From the NCBI RefSeq assembly GCF_046119375.1, contig NW_027362774.1:21142001-21206000 (forward strand): DNA of 64,000 nt. The letters run 5' to 3'. Each line of letters opens with the position of its first letter. Position 1 is the first letter of the stretch. The notes under the pieces are model-generated. The model searched no databases. It worked only from the letters and a program-made list of their open reading frames with translations, and was not told where the DNA came from. Shown one piece after another: positions 1 through 27,518 of the stretch. This DNA comes from Phyllobates terribilis (Eukaryota). A program made the translations under genes and the position numbers.

Positions 1-550
1 CAGTGTAGCTGTGAATCTACCACTAGGTCAAGACAAATCGCTTACTGAAAAGCTGCAGCATGGAGGACACTATACAGCACTACTGAGCAATGTATCTGTG
101 AATCCTGTACTAAGGTGAGATAAATCACATCCTAAAAAGATGCAGCATGTAGGACACTATACAGCAGTACTGAGCAGTGTAGCTGTGAATCTACCACTAG
201 GTCAAGACAAATCGCTTACTGAAAAGCTGCAGCATGGAGGACACTATACAGCACTACTGAGCAGTGTATCTGTGAATCCTGCACTAAAGTGAGATAAATC
301 ACATCCTAAAAAGCTGCAGCATGTAGGACACTATACAGCAGTACTGAGCAGTGTAGCTGTGAATCCAGCACTAGAGTCAGATAAATCACTTAGTAAAAAG
401 CTGCAGCACGGAGGACACTATACAACAGCACAGAGCAGCGTAACTGTGAATCCAGCACTAGGACGAGACAAATCACTTACTAAAAAGCTGCATTATGGAG
501 GACATTATAAAGAAGTACTGAGCAGTGTAACTGTGAATCCAACACCGGAG
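1..550. repeat. ~87-bp tandem satellite with A/B (175-bp dimer) alternation, truncated by the window edge
   Basis: GCAGCATG(G/T)AGGACACTATACAGCA...CAGTGTA(G/T)CTGTGAATC recurs about every 87 nt. Confidence 0.85.
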
Positions 551-1356
551 TGAGATGCACAAACTATATAGCAGCAGCATTTTTGTTTGTGTGTGTCCCT
601 CCATCTCTACCCTTTTAGACACATTTGAGTACTTTATATTGGATAGCCTGGTGATTTCGATGACGTGAATAATGTATTTGACAGCACTATTCTTACAGGA
701 AAAGCATTATATGTTAATAGGATCCATCAGTTTTCTATGGAAGTGCATGGAATTAGCTCAGTGGGTAGGGTTAGGGTCTCAGAAGCTGGACCCCAATTAC
801 ACTGTGACTAAGTGATATACTGTATGCAGTCCATGAGATGATCCATTTAAGATGTGATAACTGCAATGCAAGAATAGTCTGTAGTTCAAGTGCTAAGGAA
901 ACAGAACGTCACCATCTGCAAAATTTCACAGCCGCTCTTTGCTGCGGCGCAGAGAAATTTTGTTCCCGACGTCTGAAATCTTTCCAAAAAACTAAATAAA
1001 TCTTTTTTTTTTATTTTACTCTGTCGAAATACTAGTTCACAGCTCAGCCTTCCGATTAAGGAGGAAAATTGACTCTGAAATGTTCTTAAGTCTGGAGCGA
1101 TGTCCCACGGGGGAGACCGGAGCGGGATCAGCTGTCAGAAGGAATCAGAAGGTGGCGCGGTGACGTGCGCGGCTTACAGCTCCAGAAGTCTCAATCACAG
1201 TTCACCGAGCTTCATCAGTCACAGAGAGATGGGAAGACGTCTTGAAAGCAAGACTCCTGCGCCGACGACTTAAGTAACAACTCGCCGCCTAATTTAGTGC
1301 TTATTTTTATTTAATCTGTCAAGTGAATTAAAGCACAAGCCACATACAAACACATA

Positions 1357-2878
<1,522 letters not shown>

Positions 2879-3475
2879 TATGAAATTTAATTAAAAATAA
2901 TAGTAAAAAAAAAAAATATATATATATTTGTTTTAAAAAAAAAACAACACAGTTTTTATAATCAACCCCCTCCATTCAAAGTTTATAGCGCTAACCATAC
3001 GAAGATAGTCGATAGCCAAGTAATACTCCATGGAGCCACCATCTTCACCATCGAGCTCCTCCTGGACGCAGACTTGTTCTTCTGCTATTTTTTTGGGGGT
3101 GACAAGTCCCCTGTTCTGAAAAATTGGTGTAGGTCCCAGCAGGTATCCAATTGGAAGGTGTGAATTTATGTAGACTGGAATACCCCTTAAAATACCTTCC
3201 ATCTCCGCAGTCCTTGCTAATATGAGGCTGGTATGATAAATGGGGTTAAGATACTGATTGCTGGGGTTGCAACCCCCAAAAGCGTCTTGAACGGCACTAC
3301 ATTCAAGAAGGGACTATCCCTTTAGTTCTTTGCCCCATTTATACCAAAAAAAAAGTATCCCTTTTTACCATTTTCTTAGCATCAGTGCTAATCTGGTCAT
3401 TGCCTTGCGACACTTCTCCATTCTAGGACTACAACACCCAAAAAGACATTGAACCATTTGGGTGTCATTTATTGA

Positions 3476-3836
3476 AGGGGTATTCCCATCTCCAATGTCC
3501 TATCCCAATATGTAGTAGGTGTAATAATAATAATATCATCAAATTCCTCCAATTAAAAATGTAGAATAGTTCTTCTGATTCATTATGTTGCTTACCCCAT
3601 TTGCAGGGCATTGCAGTAGCTTAGGTATCCATGGTGACGACCAATAAAATCTAAACTGTCACTATATGAGCGGTCGTAACCATGGATACCGAAGCAACTG
3701 CTGTGCGCTGCATGGAGGAAGAGACATAGCTAATCAGAAGAACTATACTACATTTCTAATTGGAGGGATTTGACAATATTATTATTATTATTCCTACTAC
3801 ATATTGGGATATGATCTTGGAGATGGAAATACCCCT
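3476..3836. mobile_element. Palindromic MITE, T2/Kolobok-like (AGGGG...CCCCT, TTAA-type TSD)
   Basis: Long inverted arms (GGGGTATTCCCATCTCC / GGAGATGGAAATACCCC); flanks TTGA and TTAA. Confidence 0.75.
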
Positions 3837-4768
3837 TTAAACTATTTTTTTTAGCCCAAAATATAAGCATTTAAGTAAAAAAAAAAATAATAATACACTG
3901 TCTGTGAAGGCGTCCTTATCCTTTAAGGCTAGTGCATCTTACTCTACCCATTTATGAGCTATGGTATAGAAGGCTCGTAATTAATGGGAGCATTCGATTC
4001 TGTGGTTCGGAGCTGCAGGTTTCTCCCTGGTTGTATTTACACTGTTGGTATAAAAGAGTTTCTGCATTATTCATGGCTGCAAACCGCTGCACGGGGGAAG
4101 AGCGGCCAGCAAGCAGCAGGAGCTAAGCGCTGGGCCGGCACGGGAGCACCGACACCGTACCTCCTTCAGCCTGCTCCTAAATGTCACTTCTAAGATACAA
4201 AAAAAAATCAAAATCAGCGGAGGCAGTGTGACCAGGAGGAAAATGATCACGACCGAAGTGAAATTTATTAGGGCAGAAAAGTTTTTTTTTTTTCCCAGTA
4301 GGATTAATTCAGGATTAGAAAAGTTACAGCTACGATCGACCTCGATAATTTCATTAGTCGCGGGATTTGTGCTGGGATGATGAGCGCAATGATGAAAGCT
4401 GGCGGCACGCACGTCTGATGGCGCTGGAGAGGATCTCTGCATATATCACTTACTCGTGGCATTTAGTTTCAGGCCACGGCCTTTAATATAGTCTCTTATG
4501 TAGAGGAGCATCGTTTTTAACCCACTAACCACATTTGTATATGAGCAGTATATCTGCAATAGTGGAGTATGGCAGATACGACCCCCTGCACTATACGTTC
4601 TTACCTCCCGACTTTGCAGGGGTCATCCAGGTTTCTAAAATTGAAAGTTTTTCCCTTCTAGTGAATGGGACAAAGATGCAATACCAAGCACATCAGATAC
4701 AGGACATGACGGTGTTGTGCAGCGCGGGGCGATGTAAGCTATGAAGGTCACTGACCTTTGGCCATGGG

Positions 4769-5327
4769 TGTCACGGGTGTGTCAGAAGTGACAGACAGTC
4801 GTCCTACAGTTGGTTGCAGGAGATCTCTTTGTTTGGCATTACAGACACCTTCTTAGAAGCTGTCTCTCTAGGACTCAGCGGCTACCTTCCTCTTGCTAAT
4901 TAACACCCTGGCCTGTGTGTGTAAATACCTGCTGTTTGCTAGAGGGAGGTGACGGCGATATTCACATGATCCCTTGTGAAGGCTCGGAGCAAGTGCACTA
5001 GTTCCTCTCTGGTGCTAAAGAGGACATGTGTTCATCTCTCTGAAGCTGACTAAAGATAAGCTATTCTCCCTTGTTGTCTTTAGTTGTCATTGGGGATCGA
5101 CTAGCGCTCATCCCTTCCCTTCCCTAGCCAGGGTCAAACGCCAGGGAATGACAGGGTGAGGTTCCTGTGCAGCGATTGGTGCGGAACCAATATACGGACG
5201 TTAGGCGAGACAGGGTGATATAAGGTCAGCCTAGGAGGTCTTCACTACCCCCTTTCCCTAGAGTCTGGGCCCCCTTTTCCCCCATCCCTTTCTGTTGCAC
5301 TTTGTCTTTCCTACACCTTGTGTGACA
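4769..5327. mobile_element. Probable solo LTR (559 bp)
   Basis: TGTCAC...GTGACA termini, flanks ATGGG/GTGGG (near 5-bp TSD), no coding motifs. Confidence 0.45.
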
Positions 5328-5503
5328 GTGGGGCTGCAGATAACCCTGGCTGGCTTCATCCTGTTCTGCTGAAGTTGATTGACAGGTTTCTTCCATGTCT
5401 TACAAAGTGACTTATTAGTCAAATGGAAAAGGTCAACACAGGCCGGCCGGTCAGGAACCATTAACGAACTAGTCAGGTCTCATTATATAGTCGACGGCCG
5501 GCT

Positions 5504-7750
5504 TGTCAAAGTCTGCAAAGTTTCAGAGAAAAACACACTTTAAAAGTGTAACATATCTGGCGGCGTCCTTGCATAGTGGTCCATCTCCCACTGTGCAAGA
5601 GCGCGCACTTGATCTCCAGTCCAGTCTGCTAGCCTGGCTTCTCTCCATGCTGTCTGTTTGCTTCTCTTTCTGCTGCTTAAGGGCGGCGCCCGATCACTTC
5701 CTGCTTTTTGTACCTGCTGCAGACACACCCCTTGTGTGTCCTCAGCCTATTGCTGTCTGTCACCTGGTATTTAAACCAGCTGCTCCAATTAACCCATGCC
5801 TGAGCATTGTCTTCTTTCAGTTGGCTTCTGGTCACTGATATGCCAGGTCCCGTTTATGTTTCCTGCCTTAAGTATCAGTTCCCGTGTCTGAACTGTGTCC
5901 TGTCTGTATGATCTTCTAGCCTGTTGTCTTCTGCCTATCCTGGAGGCTGTATTTCCAGGCCTGTGTGAACTCGCTTCTGCCTGTTCCTCCCGCCTTCTAG
6001 GGGCCGAAAACCTAGACCTGCTCCTGTATCTTGCTGCTGTGTCTGTTCTTGTCTGAATACTCTCCTAGCCTGTTTTGTTTTTCTCTATGTCCGTACCTTC
6101 CCTTTTTCTGCAGAGTCTGAACTCGTACCTAACTCCTGCTCGTTGTCACTGTACTTCCGTTTGTGAGTTTGTGGTCCACTCGCTACATCTCTGCAAGTAC
6201 CCTGTGGGTATCAGGTTCTGCCTTTCCCTTCCTGTCTGTTCCGTGTGAACAGAGCCCTGTCCCCTCCGCTCTGCCTTGCTTGCCGTTTCGGCGGTTCTTG
6301 CTTGCTCAGCTCTGTCCACCGCGTCTGCGGTCTCGCTTTGCTCAGCCCTGTCCACAGTGTCTGCGGTTTCGCTTTGCTCAGCCCTGTCCACCGCGTCTGC
6401 GGTTTCGAATTTGTCTCCCAGTCTGTACTGGACCCTACCCAGCCTGCGCTCTAGTCTGCCTGTTCCTGTATTCCCCGGTGTGGGTCAACAGCCGTGTCCA
6501 AAGTCTGACCTGGAGTAGACCCTGGTCCCTCTGCTCGGTTCCTCCCTGGTGCACTGGCGTCGTTAGCCGTCGTGCGACCTTGGTCGGATCGGGCAGATAC
6601 TTAGTTACGCCCCTCCAGGCACTCTCCGGTTCATGGCACAGTGGAATCACTACATACACACGCACACACACACGCCACTCAGCCCGGGCGTGTGCATTAC
6701 AAAAAGCTGCTGGGGACCGAGCCGCACAGCAGACTAGTCAGACAGGTGGGTCACCAGCGGCTTCTCCCCACTCTCCTTGAGTGAAAAGTCACTCCCAATA
6801 CACTCAAGGGGAGTGGGGAGAAGCCGCTGGGGGCCAGCCTGGCCAAATAGTCTCCAGTGCAGACCAGTCCCCAGTGGCTTTTAAATTACGTTTTTCTCTG
6901 AAAAGCAGCAAACATACACAGTTACAGTGTGATACATGCAGCCCATGGATCAGGCGGCATATATCAGCTGCCAGGTTTCCTTTGAAGTGCTAGCCCATGT
7001 CAAGGTTTCACTAGGTGAGATGGATCCTTGAAGCCCAAGGTCCAAGTGGGTACACGGACAATGAGTGTAAGTGCAGCAGGCAGTTGATGCACACAGGAAA
7101 CGCAGACAGGTAGCAGAGATACTGAAAGCCGCAGCAGACAGATGTCCTGGAGACCGCAGACAGGTTGCAGAGGTCCTGAAAGATCAGGAACAAGTAGCAG
7201 AGTTCTTCGAAGTCGCAGGCAGACGGGAGACTTCCTGGAGACTGCAGACAAGTTGCAGAGGTACTGGAAGCTACACGTGGGAAGGAGACCGCAGACAAGT
7301 TGCAGAGGTACTGGAAGCTACACGTGGGAATGAGACGTCCTGGAGACCGCAGACAGGTTGTAGAGGTACTGGAAGCCGCAAGAGGACAGGAGATGTCCTG
7401 GGACCAGCAGGCGGACACGTAGCAGAAATCCTGGAAGACTGGAAACAAGTAGCAGAGGTACTGGAAGCCTCAGACAAACCAGAGAAGTCCATGAGACCGT
7501 AGCCAAGTAACTGGGGGACTGGATGCCACAGGCAGCCAGTAGACGTCCTAGAGACTGCAGAAAGGAACTGTGCACAGACAAACTAAAAGTCTTAATACCA
7601 TGACCTACTGTAGATGTGTGTCTTGGTAGGCCTTATGTAGGCCTAGGAAGTTCAACACATGGAAGCACACCGGGCTACTTGCAAAGCCTGACTTGGAGCA
7701 CAAGAAAGTTTAGTGGACCAGGCATAGGGAGCCGAGACAAGTGTGTAACA
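5504..7750. mobile_element. LTR-like repeat remnants with internal short tandem repeats
   Basis: TGTCA starts at 5504 and 6998, a TAACA end at 7750, ~39-bp repeats at 6290-6400 and degenerate repeats at 7100-7560. No TSD confirmed. Confidence 0.3.
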
Positions 7751-8033
7751 CTACCGCATTGCACATTTAGGGTATATCACAGGATACGTCAGATTCAAGT
7801 GATCTGAATGGCAACAACAGAATGCAATTGTACAAAAGTGACAAATAATCAGCTGTAATTAAAAAAAAATAAAAATGAAAATAAAAAAAAAGGGACTTTA
7901 AACCAAAGCATCTATTTAGCTTATGTGACGTGGGACTGTTCATGTACATCCTCACTAAGAAAACTGGGAGGGATGGTTTTTGAGAAGAGACTTCATTATG
8001 GTTTTTTGAATATTGTTTGTATATTTTAACCTA

Positions 8034-21167
<13,134 letters not shown>

Positions 21168-21169
21168 GC

Positions 21170-21499
21170 TGCCGGCTCCCGGGGCCGCCGCTCACTCCCC
21201 GGCACTTCTACACACCAGCCGCCCCAGTCGCTCCAACGGCCGCTTCCTCAGGAACACCCCGTCATTATCGCCGCCTCTCATTGGCCAGCTTTGCCGTTTT
21301 AACCAATCAGCGTGTGGGACACTGTTGTCCCTGGCAACGCGACGCGTCGCTGACGGAGGAAAAGTTTGTCCTGCAAAACTAATCGGGGGTAGAAAAAGCC
21401 TCGCCCCTTAGAACACTGATTGGTTAAATCAGTGTGAGTGACAGTTGGTTGTCCAATCAGCTTTAAGACTGTGATATTGGCGGAAGTTTATCGCTGGTG
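21170..21499. promoter_or_regulatory. CEP89/FAAP24 bidirectional CpG-rich promoter and probable non-coding FAAP24 exon 1 (donor GTAAGT at 21500)
   Basis: CCAAT/ATTGG motifs at 21280, 21303, 21419, 21453 and 21476; ETS-type GGCGGAAGT at 21479-21487; CpG-rich; lies between divergent start codons. Confidence 0.75.
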
Positions 21500-21728
21500 G
21501 TAAGTGCAGTGTCTGTACTGGACCCAGATGTGCAGTGCCCAGTTCAGCCGGGACAACATGGTGGCAGATTACACCTAGAAAACTTTTTCTAAAACTTTTC
21601 CCCCAGGTTTTTCTATCACCCCTATGGCTGAGCCGCTGTCCGGGCGCCGTCCTTTATGATGTCCGCAGTGTCAGTGACTCCCCAGAGCCGCAGGTGACGG
21701 ATTTCATCTGCTCCTGTCCTGCACAGTG

Positions 21729-21840
21729 ATGTCTGTTTCCCAGAACACGCCGGTCCGGGCCGGGGCCTCCGCGGTTCCGTATGGACACGTCATCGGGAGC
21801 GAAAAATGGAGAGGAACCGAACTGGCCCAGTTATTACAGG
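21729..21840 (+). CDS. FAAP24: FAAP24 first coding exon (MSVSQNTPVRAGASAVPYGHVIGSEKWRGTELAQLLQ)
   Basis: CAG acceptor at 21724-21726, ATG at 21729, GTATGA donor at 21841. Confidence 0.9.
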
Positions 21841-24800
21841 GTATGAATGGAAGTAGTGCTGAGGGGGCGTCCGGGTGCTGAGCGCAATCCACAGGCCAGC
21901 AGCCCCCTATGATGCACCCGCCTAGGGTCTACCAGGGCACGGTGGTGTCCTCCAGGGTCGGGTAGGGTCTACCAGGGCACAGTGGGGTCCGCCAGGGCCA
22001 CCTAGGGTCTACCAGGGCACGGTGGTGTCCTCCAGGGCTGGGTAGGGTCTACCAGGGCACAGTGGTGTCCTCCAGGGTCGGGTAGGGTCTACCAGGGCAC
22101 AGTGGGGTCCGCCAGGGCCACCTAGGGTCTACCAGGGCACGGTGGTGTCCTCCAGGGCTGGGTAGGGTCTACCAGGGCACAGTGGTGTCCTCTAGGGTCT
22201 ACCAGGGCACAGTGGGGTCCGCCAGGGCCAGGTAGGGTCTACCAGGGCACAGTGGTGTCCTCCAGGGCCGCCTAGGGTCTACCAGGGCACGGTGGTGTCC
22301 TCCAGGGCCGGGTAGGGTCTACCAGGGCACGGTGGTGTCCTCCAGGGCCGGGTAGCGTCTACCAGGGCACGGTGGTGTCCTCCAGGGCCGGGTAAGGTCT
22401 ACCAGGGCACGGTGGTGTCCTCCAGGGCCGGGTAGGGTCTACCAGGGCACGGTGGTGTCCTCCAGGGCCGGGTAGGGTCTACCAGGGCACGGTGGTGTCC
22501 TCCAGGGCTGGGTAGGGTCTACCAGGGCACGGTGGTGTCCTCCAGGGCCGGGTAGGGTCTACCAGGGCACGGTGGTGTCCTTCAGGGCCGGGTAGGGTCT
22601 GCCAGGGCACGGTGGTGTCCTCCAGGGCCGGGTAGGGTCTGCCAGGGCACGGTGGTGTCCTCCAGGGCCGGGTAGGGTCTGCCAGGGCACGGTGGTGTCT
22701 TCTAGGGCCGGGTAGGGTCTGCCACGGCATGGTGGTGTCCTCCAGGGCCGGGTAGGGTCTGCCACGGCATGGTGGTGTCCTCCAGGGGCGGGTAGGGTCT
22801 GCCAGGGCACGGTGGGGTCCGCCAGGGCCAGGTAGGCTCTGCCAGGGCACGGTGGGGTCCGCCAGGGCCAGGTAGGCTCTGCCAGGGCACGGTGGGGTCC
22901 GCCAGGGCCTGGTAGGGTCCACTTACGATCTGCCTGGGCACGGTGGGGTCTGCCAGGGCCAGGTAGGCTCTGCCAGGGCACGGTGGGGTCCGCCAGGGCC
23001 AGGTAGGCTCTGCCAGGGCACGGTGGGGTCCGCCAGTGCCAGGTAGGCTCTGCCAGGGCACGGTGGGGTCCGCCAGGGCCAGGTAGGCTCTGCCAGGGCA
23101 CGGTGGGGTCCGCCAGGGCCGGGTAGGGTCCACTTATGATCTGCCTGGGCACGGTGGGGTCTGCCAGGGCACGGTGGGGTCCGCCAGGGCCGGGTAGGGT
23201 CCGTCTAGGCTCTGCCAGGGCATGGTGGGGTCCGCCAGGGCCTGGTAGGCTCTGCCAGGGCACGGTGGGGTCCGCCAGGGCTGGGTAGGCTCTGCCAGGG
23301 CACATTGTGGTTTGCCAAGGCACGGTGTGGTCTGCCAGGGCACTGTGGAGTCCTCGGTCGGCCAGGGCCGGGTAGGGTCTGCCAGGGCATGGTGGGGTCC
23401 ACCAACGCCGGGTAGGGTTAGCCACAATGGTGCCATTTGCAATCAGTTTTTTTTCCCATACCTGTGCCAGGATCCATCCTCCTCATCCTCACATCAGTGC
23501 TGCAGGCCGTCCGTCCCCCTATCCTCAACCAACAGTCACTGAAAATGTGAATCTTCCGCCTTTAGGGAAGGTGAAGTTGCTGTTTGAAGACGGCCTGGGA
23601 CTGGTAGACTTCCATCTGTCGCACCGTGCCTGCGTCCTGTACATCTCGGAGTCTGACCTGGTGTCCGGGAACGCTTTCAAGAGAAGACTTGTGCGATTTC
23701 GAAAGGTAAATCATTGCGGCTATGTGCTCACAGAGCAGATTCCACACTGATTCTGCCGTGCTGTCCACGTGTATCGATGTGGGTAAATCTGTGTGTGGAT
23801 CCGCAGCAGAAATCAGGCCTGGATCTATGTCCTGGAATCTCTTGCAGATCTGTCACACACTATGGCCTCGACACATGTTGCACTGGCAACACTCGCTACG
23901 TTGCAGCACAATACAAGTGGGTTGCACGACAAGGTGCTCCGACTGCAACTTGCTTATCATGGTTGCAGCAGCCTCTGGGTCACAATGTGAACTCCATTCG
24001 TTTGTATTGTGCTGCGATGTAGCAGCGACACGTAGGAGCAAGCTTTGCCGGTGCAACTAGGGTTCTGGCCAAAGTCGCCTTTGCATTTTTATCACAAAAC
24101 CTGATGGATTTCCTAGTCCCTGCAAAATCCATGATATTCCCGAAGTCTCACACGTTGCTTATTTTTTTTACTTGTTAATTATGTCAGATTTTACCCATTC
24201 TACTGAGTGAAGAAAAATCTGCAGCAAAAAATGCATGCAAAAAACTCTGCGTTTTTCCTGCCAAGAGATGCAGAAATTTCTGCAGCAAATACTTGATGTG
24301 CGCATATACCCTTACACTCCTGTCTAATTAAAAAAAGAAAATATATTTATAAATATATATCTCTATATCTCTATAGATAGATAGATAGATATAGTACAGA
24401 CCAAAAGTTTGGACACACCTTCTCATTTAAAGATTTTTCTGTATTTTCATAGACTATGAAAATTGTACATTCACACTGAAGGCATCAAAACTATGAATTA
24501 ACACATGTGGAATTATATACTTAACAAAAAAGTGTGAAACAGCTGAAAATATGTCTTATATTCTAGGTTCTTCAAAGTAGCCACCTTTTTCTTTGATGAC
24601 TGCTCTGCACACTCTTGGCATTCTCTTGATGAGCTTCAAGAGGTAGTCACCGGAAATGGTCTTCACTTCACAGGTGTGCCCTGTCAGGTTTAATAAGTGG
24701 GATTTCTTGCCTTATAAATGGGGTTGGGACCATCAGTTGTGTTGTGCAGAAGTCAGGTGGATACACAGCTGATAGTCCTACTGAATAGACTGTTAGAATT

Positions 24801-27518
24801 TGTATTATGAAAAGAAAAAGCAGCTAAGTAAAGAAAAACGAGTGGCCATCATTACTTTAAGAAATGAAGGTCAGTCAGTCTGAAAAATTGGGAAAACTTT
24901 GAAAGTGTCCCCAAGTGCAGTTGCAAAAACCATCAAGCGCTACAAAGAAACTGGCTCACATGAGGACCGCCCCAGGAAAGGAAGACCAAGAGTCACCTCT
25001 GCTTCTGAGGATAAGTTTATCCGAGTCACCAGCCTCAGAAATCGCTGGTTAACAGCAGCTCAGATTAGAGACCAGGTCAATGCCACACAGAGTTCTAGCA
25101 GCAGACACATCTCTACAACAACTGTTAAGAGGAGACTTTGTGCAGCAGGCCTTCATGGTAAAATAGCTGCTAGGAAACCACTGCTAAGGACAGGCAACAA
25201 GCAGGAGAGACTTGTTTGGGCTAAAGAACACAAGGAATGGACATTAGACCAGTGGAAATCTGTGCTTTGGTCTGATGAGTCCAAATTTGAGATCTTTGGT
25301 TCCAACCACCGTGTCTTTGTGTGACGCAGAAAAGGTGAACGGATGGACTCTACATGCCTGGTTCCCACCGTGAAGCATGGAGGAGGAGGTGTGATGGTGT
25401 GGGGTTGCTTTGCTGGTGACACTGTTGGGGATTTATTCAAAATTGAAGGCATCCTGAACCAGCATGGCTACCACAGCATCTTGCAGCGGCATGCTATTCC
25501 ATCCGGTTTGCGTTTAGTTGGACCATCATTTATTTTCCAACAGGACAATGACCCCAAACACACCTCCAGGCTGTGTAAGGGCTATTTGACCAAGAAGGAG
25601 AATGATGGGGGGCTACGCCAGATGACCTGGCCTCCAGTCACCAGACCTGAACCCAATCGAGATGGTTTGGGGTGAGCTGGACCGCAGAGTGAAGGCAAAA
25701 GGGCCAACAAGTGCTAAGCATCTCTGGGAACTCCTTCGAGATTGTTGGAAGACCATTTCCGGTGACTACCTCTTGAAGCTCATCAAGAGAATGCCAAGAG
25801 TGTGCAAAGCAGTCATCAAAGCAAAAGGTGGCTACTTTGAAGATCCTAGAATATAAGACATATTTTCAGTTGTTTCACACTTTTTTGTTAAGTATATAAT
25901 TCCACATGTGTTAATTCATAGTTTTGATGCCTTCAGTGTGAATGTACAATATTCATAGTCATGAAAATACAGAAAATTCTTTAAATGAGGTGTGTCCAAA
26001 CTTTTGGTCTGTACTGTATATAATATATATTTATTTATTTAATGATAAAAAAATATTTATAATATATATTTCAAAATATATTTTTTATTTCAATAAATAT
26101 ATTTTATTAATAATAATCAATATATATGCATTTTATTTTTTTTAAAGGCCAGCAACTTAAAGGGCGTTATTATAGCAGAGAGGACGCGGCTTAGTGATCA
26201 GTACTTTCCTCCGGTGCAGAACTTTGTGGCACTGGAACTCGGCATGGCGTTACTCCCCGTTACTAGTCAGAGCGAAGCGGCTCAGCTAATATGTCATTTA
26301 GTAAGTAAATAGGTATTATAATAGCATTATAATTATTATTATATTTTTTATTTTATATTTTTTTTTTTATTAATAAATTATATTTTTATTTTATTTTTTC
26401 ATTATTATCATACCACTCATTGCAGGAGGGTAAAGTGCATCTCACTTTTCAGAATAAGCTGTCATATGTGTGTACATGACAAATAACACTATTTCTGGTC
26501 ATTATATGGCTTGTATCCTGGATTTTTCACCAGTTTTCCCCTCTGCAGCCTCTATCTCTAAATTTCAGTTGTCTCTGAGCTAGTGGGTGCAGACTAGCTG
26601 CCATGATGTCTCCCATGCACAGACATGAGGGATTCCTGCTCTTATTTCTCTATAGTAACAAGCAGCAGCAGCATGGAGGATATAATACAGCAGTGTTGCT
26701 GTGAATCCAGACCTGGGTTGACAAACACTAGAAAGCAGCAGCCCCATCTGTGTGTCTATTCCACTCCTGCTTCTCCCTTTATTCTATCTATCTATCTATC
26801 TATCTATCTTAGTTGTAATCTGATCCCTCAGTGACCTTGAACAGGAGATATTTTTAGCAATATTATAAGTAAATGATAAGTTCAAACTAGAGAAGAAGTG
26901 GAGAAAGAAGCATATTTCTCTGGTAAGAAATACTACAACTTTTCTTTTATTTGCATGTAATATTAATTTATGCAAAGTTTGTCCAATTAATTACTAACCT
27001 TCTGCCACCACTAGAGGGAGCTTGCAGTATACGGATTTTTAAAGCAATGGCAGCTGTAGAAATCTGCATGCGGTGAGCTCCCCCTAATGGTAGGAAAGTG
27101 GTAAAAAGAGCAACGAATTAAGAGTCACATTCGGACGACTTGATCTCATTTTATTATTAGGCTTAGGGCCTTTCTTTTATAGTTGAAGTGCATTAAATAC
27201 CAAATCACATAAAAATGTCATGAAATGTAGCTAAAACCAAAATTAAATATCCTCCCCTATCCCCCCCCACAGGTGCAAGAGCGAAGCAGAGAAGGGGGCA
27301 GCAACCCTTTTATTGGCAAGAAGCGCGGCCATCTTTGTGAAGCCGGCGTCCTGCAGACCGTACAGAGGATCCCGGGGGTCGGCCGGGTGAAGGCTCTTCA
27401 GCTCCTTCAGTATTTTCCCAGCATTCAGCAACTTTCCAACGCGTCTCTGAAGGAGCTGGAGGCCGTGGTGGGACGAGGAATCGCCAGCAACATCCATTCT
27501 TTCTTTACACAAACTTGA
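21729..27518 (+). CDS. FAAP24: FAAP24 (Fanconi anemia core complex-associated protein 24), complete, 216 aa
   Basis: Exons 21729-21840, 23566-23705, 26148-26300 and 27273-27518 give 651 nt in frame. ERCC4-like region (GHVIGSEKWRG, FEDGLG.VDF) and HhH motif (QRIPGVGRVKA...FPSIQQLSNAS) match recalled human FAAP24. Confidence 0.95.
21920..23420. repeat. 40-bp G-rich VNTR (~37 units) in FAAP24 intron 2
   Basis: Unit TAGGGTCTACCAGGGCACGGTGGTGTCCTCCAGGGCCGGG, drifting along the array. Confidence 0.95.
23566..23705 (+). CDS. FAAP24: FAAP24 exon 3 (GKVKLLFEDGLGLVDFHLSHRACVLYISESDLVSGNAFKRRLVRFRK)
   Basis: TTTAG/GTAAAT boundaries, conserved peptide. Confidence 0.93.
24394..26016 (+). mobile_element. 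DD38E Tc1-like element in FAAP24 intron 3 (left boundary of the triplication)
   Basis: TIRs present; ORF pieces 24899-25324, 25343-25675 and 25662-25856, with stops and a frameshift. Confidence 0.95.
26148..26300 (+). CDS. FAAP24: FAAP24 exon 4, copy 1 (ASNLKGVIIAERTRLSDQYFPPVQNFVALELGMALLPV...)
   Basis: AAAG/GTAAGT boundaries, 153 nt, phase 0-0. Confidence 0.92.
27273..27518 (+). CDS. FAAP24: FAAP24 terminal exon, copy 1 (HhH domain)
   Basis: CACAG acceptor, 81 codons plus TGA. Confidence 0.93.
   Translation: MQERSREGGSNPFIGKKRGHLCEAGVLQTVQRIPGVGRVKALQLLQYFPSIQQLSNASLKELEAVVGRGIASNIHSFFTQT

Noticed and set aside
763-776. Telomere-like GGGTAGGGTTAGGG
   Set aside because: Two units only, consistent with chance.
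4160-4190. Possible further CEP89 exon (EVTFRSRLKE) and a 30-nt AG/GT segment at ~4605-4635
   Set aside because: Similarity is too short, phases do not fit, and the intervening conserved exons were not found.
22479-23542. Proline-rich ORFs (DPTRPWRTPPCPG...)
   Set aside because: Translations of the 40-bp VNTR.
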